A stretch of DNA of 64,000 nt from Clostridia bacterium (GCA_017447775.1 JAFSMU010000025.1:158-64157), one strand, 5' to 3'; positions 47,911 to 59,602 are shown, counted from the stretch's first letter. Made by a program: numbers and translations. Notes: a model not told the origin generated them from the sequence alone.

Positions 47911-48878
47911 AGCGGGGCGAGTATTTTTCGTATTTCCGCGGCGCTTGACGCGCGGCAGAGCAGCTCGCGCACCTTCGTTGCGCCCGACATCCCTTTGAGA
48001 TACCGCCCGAGGTATCGCCGCGACTCGACGACCGCCACGCGCTCGCCCTTATCCTCTATCGAATATTCAAGCTGCCGCAGCGCGACTCTGACGCGCTCAT
48101 CTTTTGTCGGGGGAGTGTACTCTCTGCCCGCCTCGGCCGCGGCTATTTCCTCGAATATCCACGGATTCCCGAGCGCGCCGCGCGCTATCGCCACCCCGTC
48201 GCACCCCGTCTTTTTCATCGCTTCAAGCGCGTCATGCGCGGAAAATATATCGCCGTTTGCAATGACGGGAATACCAAGCGCCGCCTTGACTTTTGCCACG
48301 TGCGAAAAGTCGACGCCGGGGGAGTACATCTGCGCCCTTGTCCTTGCGTGAACGCACACCGCGGCGGCGCCGCCGGCCTCGGCGGCTTTTGCGGCTTCAA
48401 CGACGTTGATCGAGCCCGCGTCCCAGCCGAGCCGCATCTTGACCGTGACGGGAATGTTGATCGCTCGGGCGACAGCCGAAACTATCTTTTCGATCAGCGC
48501 CACGTTTTTCATCAGCGCCGAACCCTCCCCGTTTGACACGACCTTGTGTACGGGGCACCCCATATTTATATCTATCGCGGACGGCAAAACGCCGTCCGCT
48601 TTCGCGTTTTCGATAACTATCGAAGCTCCTCGCGCCATAAATTCAGGCTCGCTTCCGAATATCTGCACCGCCATCGGCGACTCCGCGCCAGTTATTCGCG
48701 CCAAGGCGGGCGTTTTTTTGTCGCCGTAGCACAAAGCCTTTGCCGACACCATCTCCGAGCAGAGATACCCCGCGCCGTGCTCGCGGCAGATGAGGCGGAA
48801 CGCCCTGTCCCCGTCGCCCGCCATCGGCGCAAGCCAGATATTCGGATATTCCTTCCCGCAAAGCCAAACCTTGCCCAT
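47898..48878 (-). CDS. dusB: tRNA-dihydrouridine synthase B
   Basis: LAPMAG, VQIFGS, IDINMGCP, VHARTR, ANGDI, ARGALGNPWIF. Confidence 0.95.
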   Translation of the reverse strand: MGKVWLCGKEYPNIWLAPMAGDGDRAFRLICREHGAGYLCSEMVSAKALCYGDKKTPALARITGAESPMAVQIFGSEPEFMARGASIVIENAKADGVLPSAIDINMGCPVHKVVSNGEGSALMKNVALIEKIVSAVARAINIPVTVKMRLGWDAGSINVVEAAKAAEAGGAAAVCVHARTRAQMYSPGVDFSHVAKVKAALGIPVIANGDIFSAHDALEAMKKTGCDGVAIARGALGNPWIFEEIAAAEAGREYTPPTKDERVRVALRQLEYSIEDKGERVAVVESRRYLGRYLKGMSGATKVRELLCRASSAAEIRKILAPLYEG

Positions 48879-48988
48879 ACGACGCTCCTTTTTTCATTTT
48901 TACGATGATATGATACACCATTTTTCGCGGTTTGTAAAGCAAATTTTGCCAAAACCGTAAAAAATATCGCGCGCGCCCGCATTTTCCC

Positions 48989-49017
48989 TTGCAAAATAGA
49001 AATACTTGTGATATAAT
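48989..49017 (+). promoter_or_regulatory. Sigma-A promoter of the PDT-like/ruvCAB operon
   Basis: TTGCAA-17-TATAAT with TGn. Confidence 0.75.
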
Positions 49018-49054
49018 TAAATTGGACTATAATTTATTATTTTTGTTGGTGGGT

Positions 49055-49993
49055 ATGAAAATTTACAGCGATTTTACCGCGGTGGAGAAAAACCTTGCGG
49101 ACTCCGGGCGGCGCTTTGTCGAGGAGCTTGAATGCCGCGCCTCTCACATTTACGAGGCGGCGCACGTTGCAAAATTCCATCTTGACATGGCGAAGATACC
49201 GCGCGCGTATTCCGATATGATAAAGCTCGACGACACGCGCGCCGCGCTCGTTACCGCTCTCCCGAAAAAGATATTTCCGATACAGTCGCCATTTGACGAC
49301 GGGCCGGCGAAGGCGGCGCTTACAGTCAGCGACCGCTGCGTCTACTCACGCGCGCTGACCGAGGGGGAGAACGTCACCGCCCGAAAGATCAGGGATATGC
49401 TCTTTACGCCCGCCGAGCGAGGGCTTAACAGTAAGATCGCGCTTATCGGAAACGCCGGATCAAACCGCGCGTTTGAGCTGTTTGCGGCAAAGCTGCGCGG
49501 CGTCGGTGCGATCCACACCGAAACGTTTGAGAGCGCCTGCTCGGCCGTTTCCGAAAGGCAGGCCGATTACGCCGTGATCCCGCTGTATTCGCTTTCCGAC
49601 GGCAGACTCGACGGGCTTTACCGCATCGTCGAAAAATACGGCCTTTGCATAATAATGAGCTGCCGCGTCCCGTCGTCTGACGGGAACGTTACAACGTATG
49701 CGCTGCTCGGAAGAGAAGTGCGCGATATCGACTTTTGCGGCGCGTCGAAGCTTGAAATAAAGGTAACGCTCGGCAGTGCGTCCGAGATGACGGAAATAAT
49801 GTGCGCCGCTTCGTTTTTCGGCGCGGAAGTCGAGCGCGTCGAACCGATGCCGTCCCTTTACGGGCGCGACAACACGTTTGGCTTTGTACTTCTCGTCGAT
49901 GGGGCGGAGCTTGCGCCGCTTGTGCTTTATCTGTCGCTGTTCTGCTCGCAGTATATACCGCTCGGCCTTTACGCCGACGTTACGGAGGAATAA
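49055..49993 (+). CDS. Hypothetical protein with partial prephenate-dehydratase-like and ACT-like domains
   Basis: IALIGNAGS..AF, TFESACSAVSERQADYAVIPL..LSDG resemble the first PDT lobe. The TRF motif reads TTY. C-terminus is ACT-like. Confidence 0.6.
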   Translation: MKIYSDFTAVEKNLADSGRRFVEELECRASHIYEAAHVAKFHLDMAKIPRAYSDMIKLDDTRAALVTALPKKIFPIQSPFDDGPAKAALTVSDRCVYSRALTEGENVTARKIRDMLFTPAERGLNSKIALIGNAGSNRAFELFAAKLRGVGAIHTETFESACSAVSERQADYAVIPLYSLSDGRLDGLYRIVEKYGLCIIMSCRVPSSDGNVTTYALLGREVRDIDFCGASKLEIKVTLGSASEMTEIMCAASFFGAEVERVEPMPSLYGRDNTFGFVLLVDGAELAPLVLYLSLFCSQYIPLGLYADVTEE

Positions 49994-50509
49994 ATGAGGA
50001 TACTTGGAATTGACCCGGGGCTTGCCATCGTCGGCTACGGTGTGATAGATTTTGAGCGCGGCAAGTTCAAGACCGTCGCCATGGGCTCCATCGAAACGCC
50101 CGCGGGCATCGACACCGAGGAGAGGCTGAACATCATCTACGACGATCTGTGCGAGGTCATCAACGCGTACCGTCCGAGCGAGGCGGCGATAGAGGAGCTC
50201 TTCTACCACACCAATCAGAAAACGGTCATCGCGGTCGCTGAGGCGAGGGGGGTCATCCTTCTTGCGTGCCGCCGCGCGATGATGAACATTGCCGAATACA
50301 CGCCGCTTCAAGTCAAGCAGTCCGTCGTCGGATACGGGCGCGCCGAGAAAAAGCAGGTAATGGAAATGACGCGGATAATGCTCGGCTTTGAAGACAAGAT
50401 AAAGCTCGACGACACGGCGGACGCGCTTGCGATAGCGATATGCCACGCGCACTCATCGGCGTCGTCCGTCGGCGGGTTCTACAACCAAAAGAAAACGAAA
50501 ATGCTTTAA
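49994..50509 (+). CDS. ruvC: Holliday junction resolvase
   Basis: ILGIDPG, IEELF, EYTPLQVK, DDTADALAIAICH. Confidence 0.97.
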   Translation: MRILGIDPGLAIVGYGVIDFERGKFKTVAMGSIETPAGIDTEERLNIIYDDLCEVINAYRPSEAAIEELFYHTNQKTVIAVAEARGVILLACRRAMMNIAEYTPLQVKQSVVGYGRAEKKQVMEMTRIMLGFEDKIKLDDTADALAIAICHAHSSASSVGGFYNQKKTKML

Positions 50510-50523
50510 GCACGGAGGGATAA

Positions 50524-51132
50524 ATGTTTTACTATCTTAAAGGTACGCTCGCGCTGTGCGAGGCAAACGTCGCCGTTATCGACTGCGGCGGCGTCGGATA
50601 TAAGCTGACGGTGAGCGACACGACGTTCTCGTCTGTCGCGGGGAAGCTCGGCAAAGAGGTCACGCTGTACACACACCTTTCGGTGCGCGAGGACGCGGTG
50701 GAGCTGTTCGGCTTTTACTCAAACGAGGAGCTGTCGGCGTTCCGTATGCTGATATCGGTATCGGGCGTCGGGCCGAAGGCGGCGCTTGCCATACTTTCGG
50801 TGATGAGCCCCGAAAAGTTCGCGTTTGCCGTATCGACGGGGGATGTAAAATCGATCGCGCGCGCCAACGGCGTCGGCAAAAAGACGGCGGAGCGCGTCAT
50901 CCTCGAGCTTAAAGACAAGGTTTCAAAAGAGATTTCGGCGGTGAACACGGAAACGGGCGAGGTGTTCGAGCCTATCGGCGCAACGGGCGTCGTCGCCGAG
51001 GCCGTGAGCGCGCTTATGGTGCTTGGATATACGCGCGCCGAGGCGGAACACGCGCTCTCGGGCGTAGATCTTAACGGAACGCTTGAAAGTATGATCACCG
51101 CGGCGCTGAAAAAGCTTGCCACGCGGCTGTAA
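50524..51132 (+). CDS. ruvA: Holliday junction branch migration protein
   Basis: GGVGY, HLSVRED, VSGVGPK, GVGKKTAERVILELK. Confidence 0.97.
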   Translation: MFYYLKGTLALCEANVAVIDCGGVGYKLTVSDTTFSSVAGKLGKEVTLYTHLSVREDAVELFGFYSNEELSAFRMLISVSGVGPKAALAILSVMSPEKFAFAVSTGDVKSIARANGVGKKTAERVILELKDKVSKEISAVNTETGEVFEPIGATGVVAEAVSALMVLGYTRAEAEHALSGVDLNGTLESMITAALKKLATRL

Positions 51133-51143
51133 GGGGTTAGGAT

Positions 51144-52268
51144 ATGATTAAGAAATTCGATATACCGAAAAACGAAGCGGCGGAAAACGAGGACGAGTTC
51201 GCGTTTGTCGAGCGGCTTGTCGGCACGGGGGAGAGCGACGAGGACAGGGAAGTCGAAGCCGGTCTGCGCCCGCAAAACCTTGACGAATACATCGGTCAGG
51301 AAAAGGCGAAGGAAAATCTTAAAATCTACATAGAGGCGGCAAAGCTGCGCGGCGAATCGCTCGACCACGTTCTGCTTTACGGCCCGCCGGGACTCGGAAA
51401 AACGACGCTTGCGGGCATCATCGCAAACGAAATGGGCGTAAATATCCGTGTAACGTCAGGCCCCGCCATCGAAAAGCAGGGCGACCTTGCCGCAATGCTT
51501 ACAAATCTTGCCGAGGGGGACGTGCTTTTCATCGACGAGATACACCGCCTGTCGCGCAACATTGAGGAGATTCTTTATCCCGCCATGGAGGACTACGCGC
51601 TCGACTGGATCGTCGGCAAAGGCCCCGCTGCGCGCTCGATAAGAATACCTCTGCCGCGTTTTACGCTCATCGGCGCGACAACGCGCGCGGGACAGCTCAC
51701 AACTCCGCTGCGCGACCGCTTCGGCGTGCTGCTCAAACTCGAACTGTATAACACCGACGAGCTTGCGACTATCGTCGGGCGAAGCGCGGGGATACTCGGC
51801 ATCGACATCACCTCCGACGGTATGCGCGAGATAGCGCGCCGCTCGCGCGGAACGCCGCGTGTGGCCAACAGACTGCTCAAACGCGTGCGCGACTTCGCGC
51901 AGGTCAAGGGTGACGGGCGCATCGACAAGGATATCGCCGACCGCGCGCTGAGAATGCTTGAGATCGACGAGCTTGGACTTGACAACACAGACCGCCGTAT
52001 GCTCGAAGCGATAGTCAAGCTGTACGACGGCGGCCCCGTCGGACTTGAAACGCTCGCCGCGACGATCGGCGAGGAGGCGGTGACCATCGAGGACGTTTAC
52101 GAGCCGTACCTTATGCAGATAGGGTTTTTGTCGCGCACGCCGCGCGGCAGATGCGTAACGCGCCCCGCCTGCGAGCATCTGGGACTTTCATTCAAAAGAA
52201 GAACGCCGTCAAGAGCCGACGAAGATCAGCTCTCGCTTGACGTTTTCGCGGAGGACGAGGACAAATGA
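51144..52268 (+). CDS. ruvB: Holliday junction branch migration helicase
   Basis: [40 protein letters not shown]. Confidence 0.98.
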   Translation: MIKKFDIPKNEAAENEDEFAFVERLVGTGESDEDREVEAGLRPQNLDEYIGQEKAKENLKIYIEAAKLRGESLDHVLLYGPPGLGKTTLAGIIANEMGVNIRVTSGPAIEKQGDLAAMLTNLAEGDVLFIDEIHRLSRNIEEILYPAMEDYALDWIVGKGPAARSIRIPLPRFTLIGATTRAGQLTTPLRDRFGVLLKLELYNTDELATIVGRSAGILGIDITSDGMREIARRSRGTPRVANRLLKRVRDFAQVKGDGRIDKDIADRALRMLEIDELGLDNTDRRMLEAIVKLYDGGPVGLETLAATIGEEAVTIEDVYEPYLMQIGFLSRTPRGRCVTRPACEHLGLSFKRRTPSRADEDQLSLDVFAEDEDK

Positions 52269-53125
52269 TATCATCACAAAATTGGCGCGACTACGAGCTT
52301 ATCGACGCGACGGACGGGGAAAGACTCGAACGCTGGGGAAAATACATCCTTCGCCGCCCCGATCCTCAGGTCGTGTGGAAAAACGCAAAGCGCAGTCCGC
52401 TGTGGAAACGCGCTGACGCCGAATATTCCCGCGAGGGCGGCGGCGGAAGCTGGGTGAGGTGCGACGTGCCGCCGTCGTGGAACATATCGTACGGCGATAT
52501 GACGTTCAAAGTAAAGCCGATGGGCTTTAAGCACACGGGCGTCTTTCCCGAGCAGGCGGCAAACTGGGACTGGACCGCCGAAAAGATCCGCGCGTCCGGC
52601 AGGCGCGTGCGCGTTTTGAATCTGTTTGCTTACACAGGCTGCGCCAGCGTCGCCGCGGCAATGGCGGGGGCGGAGGTATATCACGTCGACGCGGCGAAAA
52701 ATATGGTGGCTCACGCAAAAGAGAACGCCTCTCTTTGCGGCGTATCGGAGAACATCCGCTTTTTCGTCGACGACTGCGTGAAGTTTTTGACGTACGCCGT
52801 CAAAAAAGGCATAAAATACGATGCGATAATAATGGATCCGCCGTCATACGGACGCGGGCCGTCGGGGGAAGTGTGGAAGCTTGAAGACAGCATAAGCGAT
52901 CTTATAACTCTATCCTCGTCCGTGCTTTCGGACGATCCGCTGTTCTTCATCGTAAACTCCTACACAACGGGACTTTCCCCCTCGACGATGGGATATATGC
53001 TCAAAATAAACGTAAAGGATAAATTCGGCGGCGTTGTCTGCTCCGACGAGCTGGGGCTTTTTGTCAGCGAGAGCGGGGCTATACTCCCGTGCGGCGGCAC
53101 GTCGCGCTGGAGCGCCGAAAAATAA
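52265..53125 (+). CDS. Class I SAM-dependent methyltransferase (RlmI/RlmK-like)
   Basis: [27 protein letters not shown]. Confidence 0.9.
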   Translation: MISSQNWRDYELIDATDGERLERWGKYILRRPDPQVVWKNAKRSPLWKRADAEYSREGGGGSWVRCDVPPSWNISYGDMTFKVKPMGFKHTGVFPEQAANWDWTAEKIRASGRRVRVLNLFAYTGCASVAAAMAGAEVYHVDAAKNMVAHAKENASLCGVSENIRFFVDDCVKFLTYAVKKGIKYDAIIMDPPSYGRGPSGEVWKLEDSISDLITLSSSVLSDDPLFFIVNSYTTGLSPSTMGYMLKINVKDKFGGVVCSDELGLFVSESGAILPCGGTSRWSAEK

Positions 53126-53127
53126 TT

Positions 53128-53997
53128 ATGGCAAAAGATGTAATAATTCAGGCAAAGGGGCTTTCTTATTCATACGAGGAGGACGGCAAGAAGACCGAGG
53201 TGCTTCACGGCGTCGACATTGAGATAGAAAAAGGCACGTTCACGGCGGTGCTGGGACACAACGGAAGCGGCAAAAGCACGCTTGCAAAGCTTTTTAACCT
53301 CGTTCTCACACCAAGCGCGGGCGAGCTTTGGCTGTTCGGCAAAAAAATAGACGAAAAGGAGCTTTCCGACGACGAGCTTTACGAAATACGCCGCCGCGTC
53401 GGAATGGTGTTCCAAAACCCCGACAACCAGCTTGTCGCCACCGTCGTCGAGGAGGACGTGGCATTCGGGCCGGAGAACCTCGGCGTAAGACCCGAGGAGA
53501 TACGCCGCCGCGTCGACGACGCGCTGGCTCTTGTCGGCATGACGGAATTTGCGCGCCACAGTCCGCATCAGCTATCGGGCGGGCAAAAGCAGAGAGTCGC
53601 CATCGCGGGCATACTCGCGCTCTCCCCCGACGTCATAATTTTCGACGAATCGACGGCGATGCTCGATCCTATCGGGCGGCGCGAGGTCATCGACACGATA
53701 AAAAAGCTCCGCTACGACGAGGGCAAAACGATAATCCTCATCACTCACTATATGGAAGAGGCGGCGGAGGCCGACAGGGTTGTCGTGCTGAGCGACGGGA
53801 GCGTCACTGCCGTCGGCACGCCGAAAGAGGTCTTCTCAAAAACCGAGCTTCTTCACTCGGCGGGCCTTGAAGCGCCGCAGATAACGGAGCTTATGCAGGC
53901 GCTAAGCGACGCGGGGTATAACGTCCCGCGTGACATACTCGATGTCGAGGGCGGCGCTATGGCAATTTCAAAGCTATTTGGGGAAAACAAAAGATGA
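53128..53997 (+). CDS. ecfA1: ECF transporter ATPase A1
   Basis: GHNGSGKST, VFQNPDNQ, LSGGQKQR, FDESTAMLDP. Confidence 0.93.
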   Translation: MAKDVIIQAKGLSYSYEEDGKKTEVLHGVDIEIEKGTFTAVLGHNGSGKSTLAKLFNLVLTPSAGELWLFGKKIDEKELSDDELYEIRRRVGMVFQNPDNQLVATVVEEDVAFGPENLGVRPEEIRRRVDDALALVGMTEFARHSPHQLSGGQKQRVAIAGILALSPDVIIFDESTAMLDPIGRREVIDTIKKLRYDEGKTIILITHYMEEAAEADRVVVLSDGSVTAVGTPKEVFSKTELLHSAGLEAPQITELMQALSDAGYNVPRDILDVEGGAMAISKLFGENKR

Positions 53998-54860
53998 ATG
54001 CGGCACAACTGAAAAACGTTTCTTATATATACAGCAAAGACACGCCGTTTGAAAAGACGGCCGTTTCGGGCGTTGACATAACTATCGAAAGCGGGCTTAC
54101 AACGGGCGTTATCGGCCACACGGGATCGGGCAAAAGCACGCTTTCGCAGATGATAAACGGACTTATAAAGCCGAGCGAGGGCGAGGTATTTGTCCTTGGC
54201 AAAAATATATGGGACGAGCCGAAAAAGATAAAGCAGGTGCGCTTTCGCGTCGGGCTTGTGTTCCAGTACCCCGAGTACCAGCTTTTTGAGGAGACCGTCC
54301 GCGCCGACATCGCCTTCGGCCCGAAGAATATGAAGCTTGACAAAGACGAGATAGAGCGCCGCGTGCTTGACGCCGCGCGTTTTGTCGGCATACCCGAGGA
54401 TATGCTCGACCGCTCGCCGTTTGACCTTTCGGGCGGGCAGAAGCGGCGCGTCGCAATAGCGGGCGTTATCGCCATGCGCCCCGATATCCTCATCCTCGAC
54501 GAGCCTGCGGCGGGGCTTGATCCGCGCGGCCGCAATGAGATACTGTCGCGCATATCGGAATACAAAAAGGAAACCGGCTCCACCGTCGTTATGATAAGTC
54601 ACTCGATGGAGGATATGGCGAAGTACTGCGACAAAATCCTCGTTATGAACCGCGGCAAAGCGTTCCTTTACGGAACGCCGTCTGAGATATTTTCAAACGC
54701 TCACCTTGTCGAGTCCGTGGGGCTTGGCGTGCCGCAGGTGACGCGCCTTATGCAAAAGCTGCGCGATATGGGATACGATCTTTCGCCCTCCGTCTACACT
54801 GTGGAGGACGCGGCAAAGGAGATAATCCGCGCGCTGGGAGGTGGCGGCAATGCTTCGTGA
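53994..54860 (+). CDS. ecfA2: ECF transporter ATPase A2
   Basis: TPFEK, GHTGSGKST, FQYPEYQLFEET, SPFDLSGGQKRR. Confidence 0.93.
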   Translation: MNAAQLKNVSYIYSKDTPFEKTAVSGVDITIESGLTTGVIGHTGSGKSTLSQMINGLIKPSEGEVFVLGKNIWDEPKKIKQVRFRVGLVFQYPEYQLFEETVRADIAFGPKNMKLDKDEIERRVLDAARFVGIPEDMLDRSPFDLSGGQKRRVAIAGVIAMRPDILILDEPAAGLDPRGRNEILSRISEYKKETGSTVVMISHSMEDMAKYCDKILVMNRGKAFLYGTPSEIFSNAHLVESVGLGVPQVTRLMQKLRDMGYDLSPSVYTVEDAAKEIIRALGGGGNAS

Positions 54861-55671
54861 TATAACACTCGGCCAGTTCTTCCCGGGAAGCTCCGTCCTC
54901 CATAAAACAGACCCGCGCGTGAAAATTCTTCTCGCTATCGCGTATATCGTCGCGGTGTTCCTTGTAAAAAGCCCGTCGGGATACATCCTTCTTTCGGCTT
55001 TTACGATAACGCTTGTGCTTATTTCGGGCGTTAAGGTGAAGGTGGTGCTCAAAGGCATAAAGCCGCTTATCTTCATCGTCATTTTCACCGCGGTGATCAA
55101 CATTTTATTCACAAAGGGCGAAAATCTGCTCGTTTCGTGGTGGATAATAAACATATACGCCGAGGGACTTGCAAACGCGCTGTTTATGTCGCTGAGGATT
55201 ATATCCCTGCTTGTCGGCACGTCGGTCATACTGACGTACACGACATCCCCAATCGCTTTGACGGACGCCATCGAGCGACTGCTCTCGCCGCTGCGCGTGC
55301 TTCACATACCCGTTCACGAATTTGCGATGATGATGACGATAGCTCTGCGCTTCATCCCGACGCTTATCGAGGAGACCGACAAGATCATGAGCGCGCAGAA
55401 ATCGCGCGGCGCCGATTTTCAGACAGGAAAGCTCCATGAGCGCGTCCGCGCATTCGTTCCGGTGCTGATACCGCTGTTCGTTTCCGCATTCCGCCGCGCC
55501 GACGACCTTGCCGTCGCAATGGAGTGCCGCTGTTATCGCGGCGGCCGCGGCAGAACGAGAATGACAAAGCTGCACCTGCACCTGCGCGACCTTTTTGCCG
55601 TTGTCGTAATGGCGGCGTTCATTGCGGGGATAGTTGTGCTTAATAAATACCTTCCGCTGAATTTTGTTTGA
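54850..55671 (+). CDS. ecfT: ECF transporter transmembrane component T
   Basis: DPRVK, ALRFIP, AQKSRG, AMECRCY. Confidence 0.93.
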   Translation: MLRDITLGQFFPGSSVLHKTDPRVKILLAIAYIVAVFLVKSPSGYILLSAFTITLVLISGVKVKVVLKGIKPLIFIVIFTAVINILFTKGENLLVSWWIINIYAEGLANALFMSLRIISLLVGTSVILTYTTSPIALTDAIERLLSPLRVLHIPVHEFAMMMTIALRFIPTLIEETDKIMSAQKSRGADFQTGKLHERVRAFVPVLIPLFVSAFRRADDLAVAMECRCYRGGRGRTRMTKLHLHLRDLFAVVVMAAFIAGIVVLNKYLPLNFV

Positions 55672-55689
55672 GCGGGGAAGTGGGATAAG

Positions 55690-56436
55690 ATGAAATACCT
55701 GCTTAAACTTTCATACCTCGGAACAGATTTTTCCGGCTTTCAGGTGCAATCTGGCAGCGATGCCGTAACCGTTCAGGGCGAGCTGTGCCGCGCCGCTCGC
55801 GAGCTTTTCTGCACGGAGTGCGCCGTTTCCGGCTGTTCGAGAACGGACGCCGGCGTTCACGCCATCGAGTACTTTGCAACGCTTGAGCATCACTCAGGAA
55901 CCTCGATCCCACCCGAGCGGCTGCCGCGCGCCATGGGTGCGTTTTTGCCGAGGACTATCGCTATAAGCGAGGCGACGCCCGTCCCGGACGATTACTCGGT
56001 GCGCGCGCACGTTTGCGAAAAGGAATATATGTACGTAATTTTGAATACCCGCGTGCCGTCTCCGTTTTCCGTCGGGCGCGCGTGGCACGTGCCGCAGACC
56101 CTCGACGTTAAAAAAATGAACGAGGCGGCGGCGCACTTTGTCGGCAGGCGCGACTTTCGCGCGTTTATGGCAAGCGGCAGCGACGTTATCGACACCACGC
56201 GAAGCGTAAGCGTTTGCCGCGTGGAAAAAGACGGCGAAAATATAAAAATTTACATCAAAGCGGACGGTTTTTTATATAATATGGTCAGAATAATCGCGGG
56301 GACGCTCGTCGACGTCGGGCGCGGCGCGACGGACGTATCGGAAATACCTAAAATTATCTCGTCCCTCGACCGCTCGCGCGCGGGAAGGACGGCTCCGCCC
56401 GACGGACTGTACCTTTTACGCGTCATATTAAAATAA
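55690..56436 (+). CDS. truA: tRNA pseudouridine(38-40) synthase
   Basis: FSGFQVQ, SRTDAGVHA, FLYNMVR, APPDGLYL. Confidence 0.96.
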   Translation: MKYLLKLSYLGTDFSGFQVQSGSDAVTVQGELCRAARELFCTECAVSGCSRTDAGVHAIEYFATLEHHSGTSIPPERLPRAMGAFLPRTIAISEATPVPDDYSVRAHVCEKEYMYVILNTRVPSPFSVGRAWHVPQTLDVKKMNEAAAHFVGRRDFRAFMASGSDVIDTTRSVSVCRVEKDGENIKIYIKADGFLYNMVRIIAGTLVDVGRGATDVSEIPKIISSLDRSRAGRTAPPDGLYLLRVILK

Positions 56437-56501
56437 ATGTTACTTTTTTGATAAAATATAGTCAAAATTTTGTGTTACAATTGAAAAAAGGAGAGATGTA
56501 T

Positions 56502-57188
56502 ATGGCAGAGATAATAACCGTATCGGTGCTGATACTTACAGTCGTTATCGCGGCGATAGTCGGGATAAAGCGCGGTTTTGTGCGCTCTATCGCGGGGCTT
56601 TTGGTGTATATCGTTTCGTATATAATCGCAAACAGATTCTATACGCTTATCGTGCCGTATACGTCAAAGATACCGTTCATCGTTTCGATGACGAGCGATG
56701 TCGAAATGCCACAGATCGAGGCGGGAACGGGCTTTATGGGCAAGATCGGGGCGATTATGAAGTACCTGTTCGACAACGCGCAAAGCTCCGGCTCCGATCC
56801 CACCGAAACGGCGCGCGCCGTTATAAACAACTTCCTTGCCGAGCTTATCGCGCAGGCGATATCGTTCCTTGCGCTGTTCATCGTTTCGGTGCTGGTGCTG
56901 AAGCTCCTTACGTTCCTTATCGGAAAGATCTTCGATCTGCCCGGGCTGAACGCCGTCAACCGCGTGCTCGGCCTTGTGTTCGGCGTCCTTTCGGGATTCT
57001 TTATAACGTGGATACTTTCAAACCTTTTCGTCGGCGTTATCCTTCCGATACTCGTCGATAAATTCCCCGACGTTTTCTCCGCCTCAATCGGCGAGAACGT
57101 CATCGTACAGTTCTTTATGAAATTCAGCCCCGTGGCGCTTGTAATGTATCTTGTGAACAAGATAGGCTCGATCGGGGCAGTGAAATAA
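56502..57188 (+). CDS. CvpA-family membrane protein
   Basis: GIKRGFVRS and NRVLGLVFG motifs; multiple TM segments. Confidence 0.8.
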   Translation: MAEIITVSVLILTVVIAAIVGIKRGFVRSIAGLLVYIVSYIIANRFYTLIVPYTSKIPFIVSMTSDVEMPQIEAGTGFMGKIGAIMKYLFDNAQSSGSDPTETARAVINNFLAELIAQAISFLALFIVSVLVLKLLTFLIGKIFDLPGLNAVNRVLGLVFGVLSGFFITWILSNLFVGVILPILVDKFPDVFSASIGENVIVQFFMKFSPVALVMYLVNKIGSIGAVK

Positions 57189-57246
57189 ACTTATGCACAA
57201 AGCGACGGTGCAAATGCAAAAATCTAAGTCGCAGACAGGATAATTT

Positions 57247-59559
57247 ATGCAGTTATGTTCAAGATGCCATAAGAGAATGGCTGTCGTTTTCGTAACGAAG
57301 CTCGAAAACAACGAATCAAAAAACGAAGGGCTTTGCCTTATATGCGCAAAGCAGCTCGGCATCCCGCAGGTCAGCGAAATACTTGACAAAATGGGGATAG
57401 ACGACGAAGACCTTGAAAATATGGACAAGGAAATGAACGGCCTTATCGCAAGCGAGGGCGAGGATGAGGACAACGACGACGACGGCGACGAAGCCGACAG
57501 CCGCACCCCCTCGATAGATTTTGCCAAGCTTTTCGGCGGACTGCCTTTTGAAAACGCCAAAGGCGGCGAAAAGTCCGAAAAGACGGAAAAGAAAAAGGAA
57601 AAGGGCAAAAAGAAGGACGATCACAAGTTCCTCGGGCAATACTGCCGCGACCTTACCGCCGCCGCGCGCGAGGGTAAACTCGACGCTGTCATCGGGCGCG
57701 ATACCGAGGTCGGCAGAATGATGCAGATACTGACGCGCCGCCAGAAGAACAACCCTTGCCTTATCGGTGAACCGGGCGTCGGCAAGACGGCAGTCGCCGA
57801 GGCGCTGGCGCAGAAGATCGCAAAGGGAGATGTGCCGTACAAGCTGCGCGAAAAAGAGGTGTGGCTCGTCGATATGACGGCGATGGTCGCGGGCACGCAG
57901 TTCCGCGGTCAGTTTGAAAGCCGCATGAAAGGGCTTGTCGACGAAGTCAAGGCGCTGGGAAATATAATCCTTGTCATCGACGAGGTGCATACCATCGTCG
58001 GCGTCGGGGACGCTGAGGGCAGCATGAACGCCGCCAACATCTTAAAACCCGCGCTTTCCCGCGGCGAGATACAGCTCATCGGCGCGACAACGCTTACCGA
58101 ATACCGCAAATACATCGAAAAGGACGCCGCGCTCGAGCGCCGCTTCCAGCCTGTAATGATAGAGGAGCCGAGCATCGAGGACACAAAGAAGATCCTTTAC
58201 GGCATCAAGAAATACTACGAGCAGTACCACAAAATTCATATCTCGCAGGAGATTATCGACCGCACCGTCGAGCTTTCGGAGCGCTACATCACCGACAGAT
58301 ACCTTCCCGACAAGGCGATAGACCTGCTTGACGAGGCGGCGGCATACGTTTCGATGAACAGCCCCGTTATCGAGAGGGTAGAGCTTGCCGAGCGCACGCT
58401 CGACGAGCTGAAAAAGCAGACGGCGGCGCTTGAAGAAGCGGAGATGCCGTCAGACTCCGACGACAATGCGCGTCAGGCTCGCTACGAAAAGATAGCGGAG
58501 CTTCGCTCCTCCACGCTCAAAGGCGAGGAAGAGTACGAAAGACTGAAAAACGAGCTTGCGACGGTGGAGCTTACAGCCGACGCGCTGGCGCACGTCATCG
58601 AGATATGGACGGGCGTTCCCGCCGGCTCGATCACCACAAACGAATACGAGCGCCTGCAGGGGCTTGGCGCAAGGCTCAAAGAGCGCGTCAAAGGTCAGGA
58701 CGCGGCGGTGGACGCGGTAGTACGCGCCATCAAGCGCAACCGCGCGGGAGTTTCGTATAAGCGCAAACCCGCCTCGTTCATCTTCGCGGGGCCTACCGGT
58801 GTGGGCAAAACGGAGCTTGTAAAAGTCCTTGCCGACGATCTGTTCAAAACGCCCGACGCGCTGATAAGGCTCGATATGTCGGAATTTATGGAGAAATTCT
58901 CCGTTTCGCGCATCATAGGCTCGCCCCCGGGGTACGTCGGATATGACGACGCGGGGCAGCTCACCGAAAAGATCCGCCGCAAGCCGTACTCCGTGGTGCT
59001 GTTTGACGAGATCGAAAAGGCGCACCCGGACGTTCTCAACATCCTGCTTCAGATACTCGACGACGGCAGAATAACCGACTCGCACGGCAAGGTCGTCAAA
59101 TTCGAGGACGCGATAATCGTCATGACGACAAACGCCGGCTCATCGACGGGGATGAACACCCCCGGCTTTGGCGAGAGCGCGCAGAAAATGAGCGAGGACC
59201 GCACGATGAAGGCGCTCTCCGAGTTCCTCCGCCCCGAATTCATCAACCGCGTGGATGAGATCATCACGTTCCGCGCGCTCGACATGAACGACTTTGTACG
59301 CATTGCCGAGATCATGCTCGGCGATATGAAAAAGACGCTTGCCGAAAAGGGAATTTCGCTTGTGTGGACGGATGCGGCTGCGAAATACGTCGCTGAAAAA
59401 TCGTTCTCGACGAAATTCGGCGCGCGCAATATGCGCCGCTTCATCAGCCGCAACATCGAGGACGCCGTCGCCGAAAAGATCATCGCGGCAGGGCAGCGCG
59501 GCGTGAAGATGATCTCCGTTGACGCAAAAGACGATGAAATCGTGATCGAAGCCGTATAA
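57247..59559 (+). CDS. Clp protease ATP-binding subunit with N-terminal Zn finger (ClpE-like)
   Basis: CxxC...CxxC N-terminus, two AAA+ modules ([16 protein letters not shown]), PGF loop, FGAR. Confidence 0.93.
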   Translation: MQLCSRCHKRMAVVFVTKLENNESKNEGLCLICAKQLGIPQVSEILDKMGIDDEDLENMDKEMNGLIASEGEDEDNDDDGDEADSRTPSIDFAKLFGGLPFENAKGGEKSEKTEKKKEKGKKKDDHKFLGQYCRDLTAAAREGKLDAVIGRDTEVGRMMQILTRRQKNNPCLIGEPGVGKTAVAEALAQKIAKGDVPYKLREKEVWLVDMTAMVAGTQFRGQFESRMKGLVDEVKALGNIILVIDEVHTIVGVGDAEGSMNAANILKPALSRGEIQLIGATTLTEYRKYIEKDAALERRFQPVMIEEPSIEDTKKILYGIKKYYEQYHKIHISQEIIDRTVELSERYITDRYLPDKAIDLLDEAAAYVSMNSPVIERVELAERTLDELKKQTAALEEAEMPSDSDDNARQARYEKIAELRSSTLKGEEEYERLKNELATVELTADALAHVIEIWTGVPAGSITTNEYERLQGLGARLKERVKGQDAAVDAVVRAIKRNRAGVSYKRKPASFIFAGPTGVGKTELVKVLADDLFKTPDALIRLDMSEFMEKFSVSRIIGSPPGYVGYDDAGQLTEKIRRKPYSVVLFDEIEKAHPDVLNILLQILDDGRITDSHGKVVKFEDAIIVMTTNAGSSTGMNTPGFGESAQKMSEDRTMKALSEFLRPEFINRVDEIITFRALDMNDFVRIAEIMLGDMKKTLAEKGISLVWTDAAAKYVAEKSFSTKFGARNMRRFISRNIEDAVAEKIIAAGQRGVKMISVDAKDDEIVIEAV

Positions 59560-59568
59560 AAGAATCAT

Positions 59569-59596
59569 AAACGCTCCTATATGGGGCGTTTTTCTT
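59569..59596. terminator. Terminator between convergent genes
   Basis: aaacgctcc-tatat-ggggcgtttt. Confidence 0.75.
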
Positions 59597-59602
59597 TGCC
59601 CG

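Noticed and set aside
48900-49994. LexA box for ruvCAB
   Set aside because: No GAAC-N4-GTTC seen near the operon promoter.
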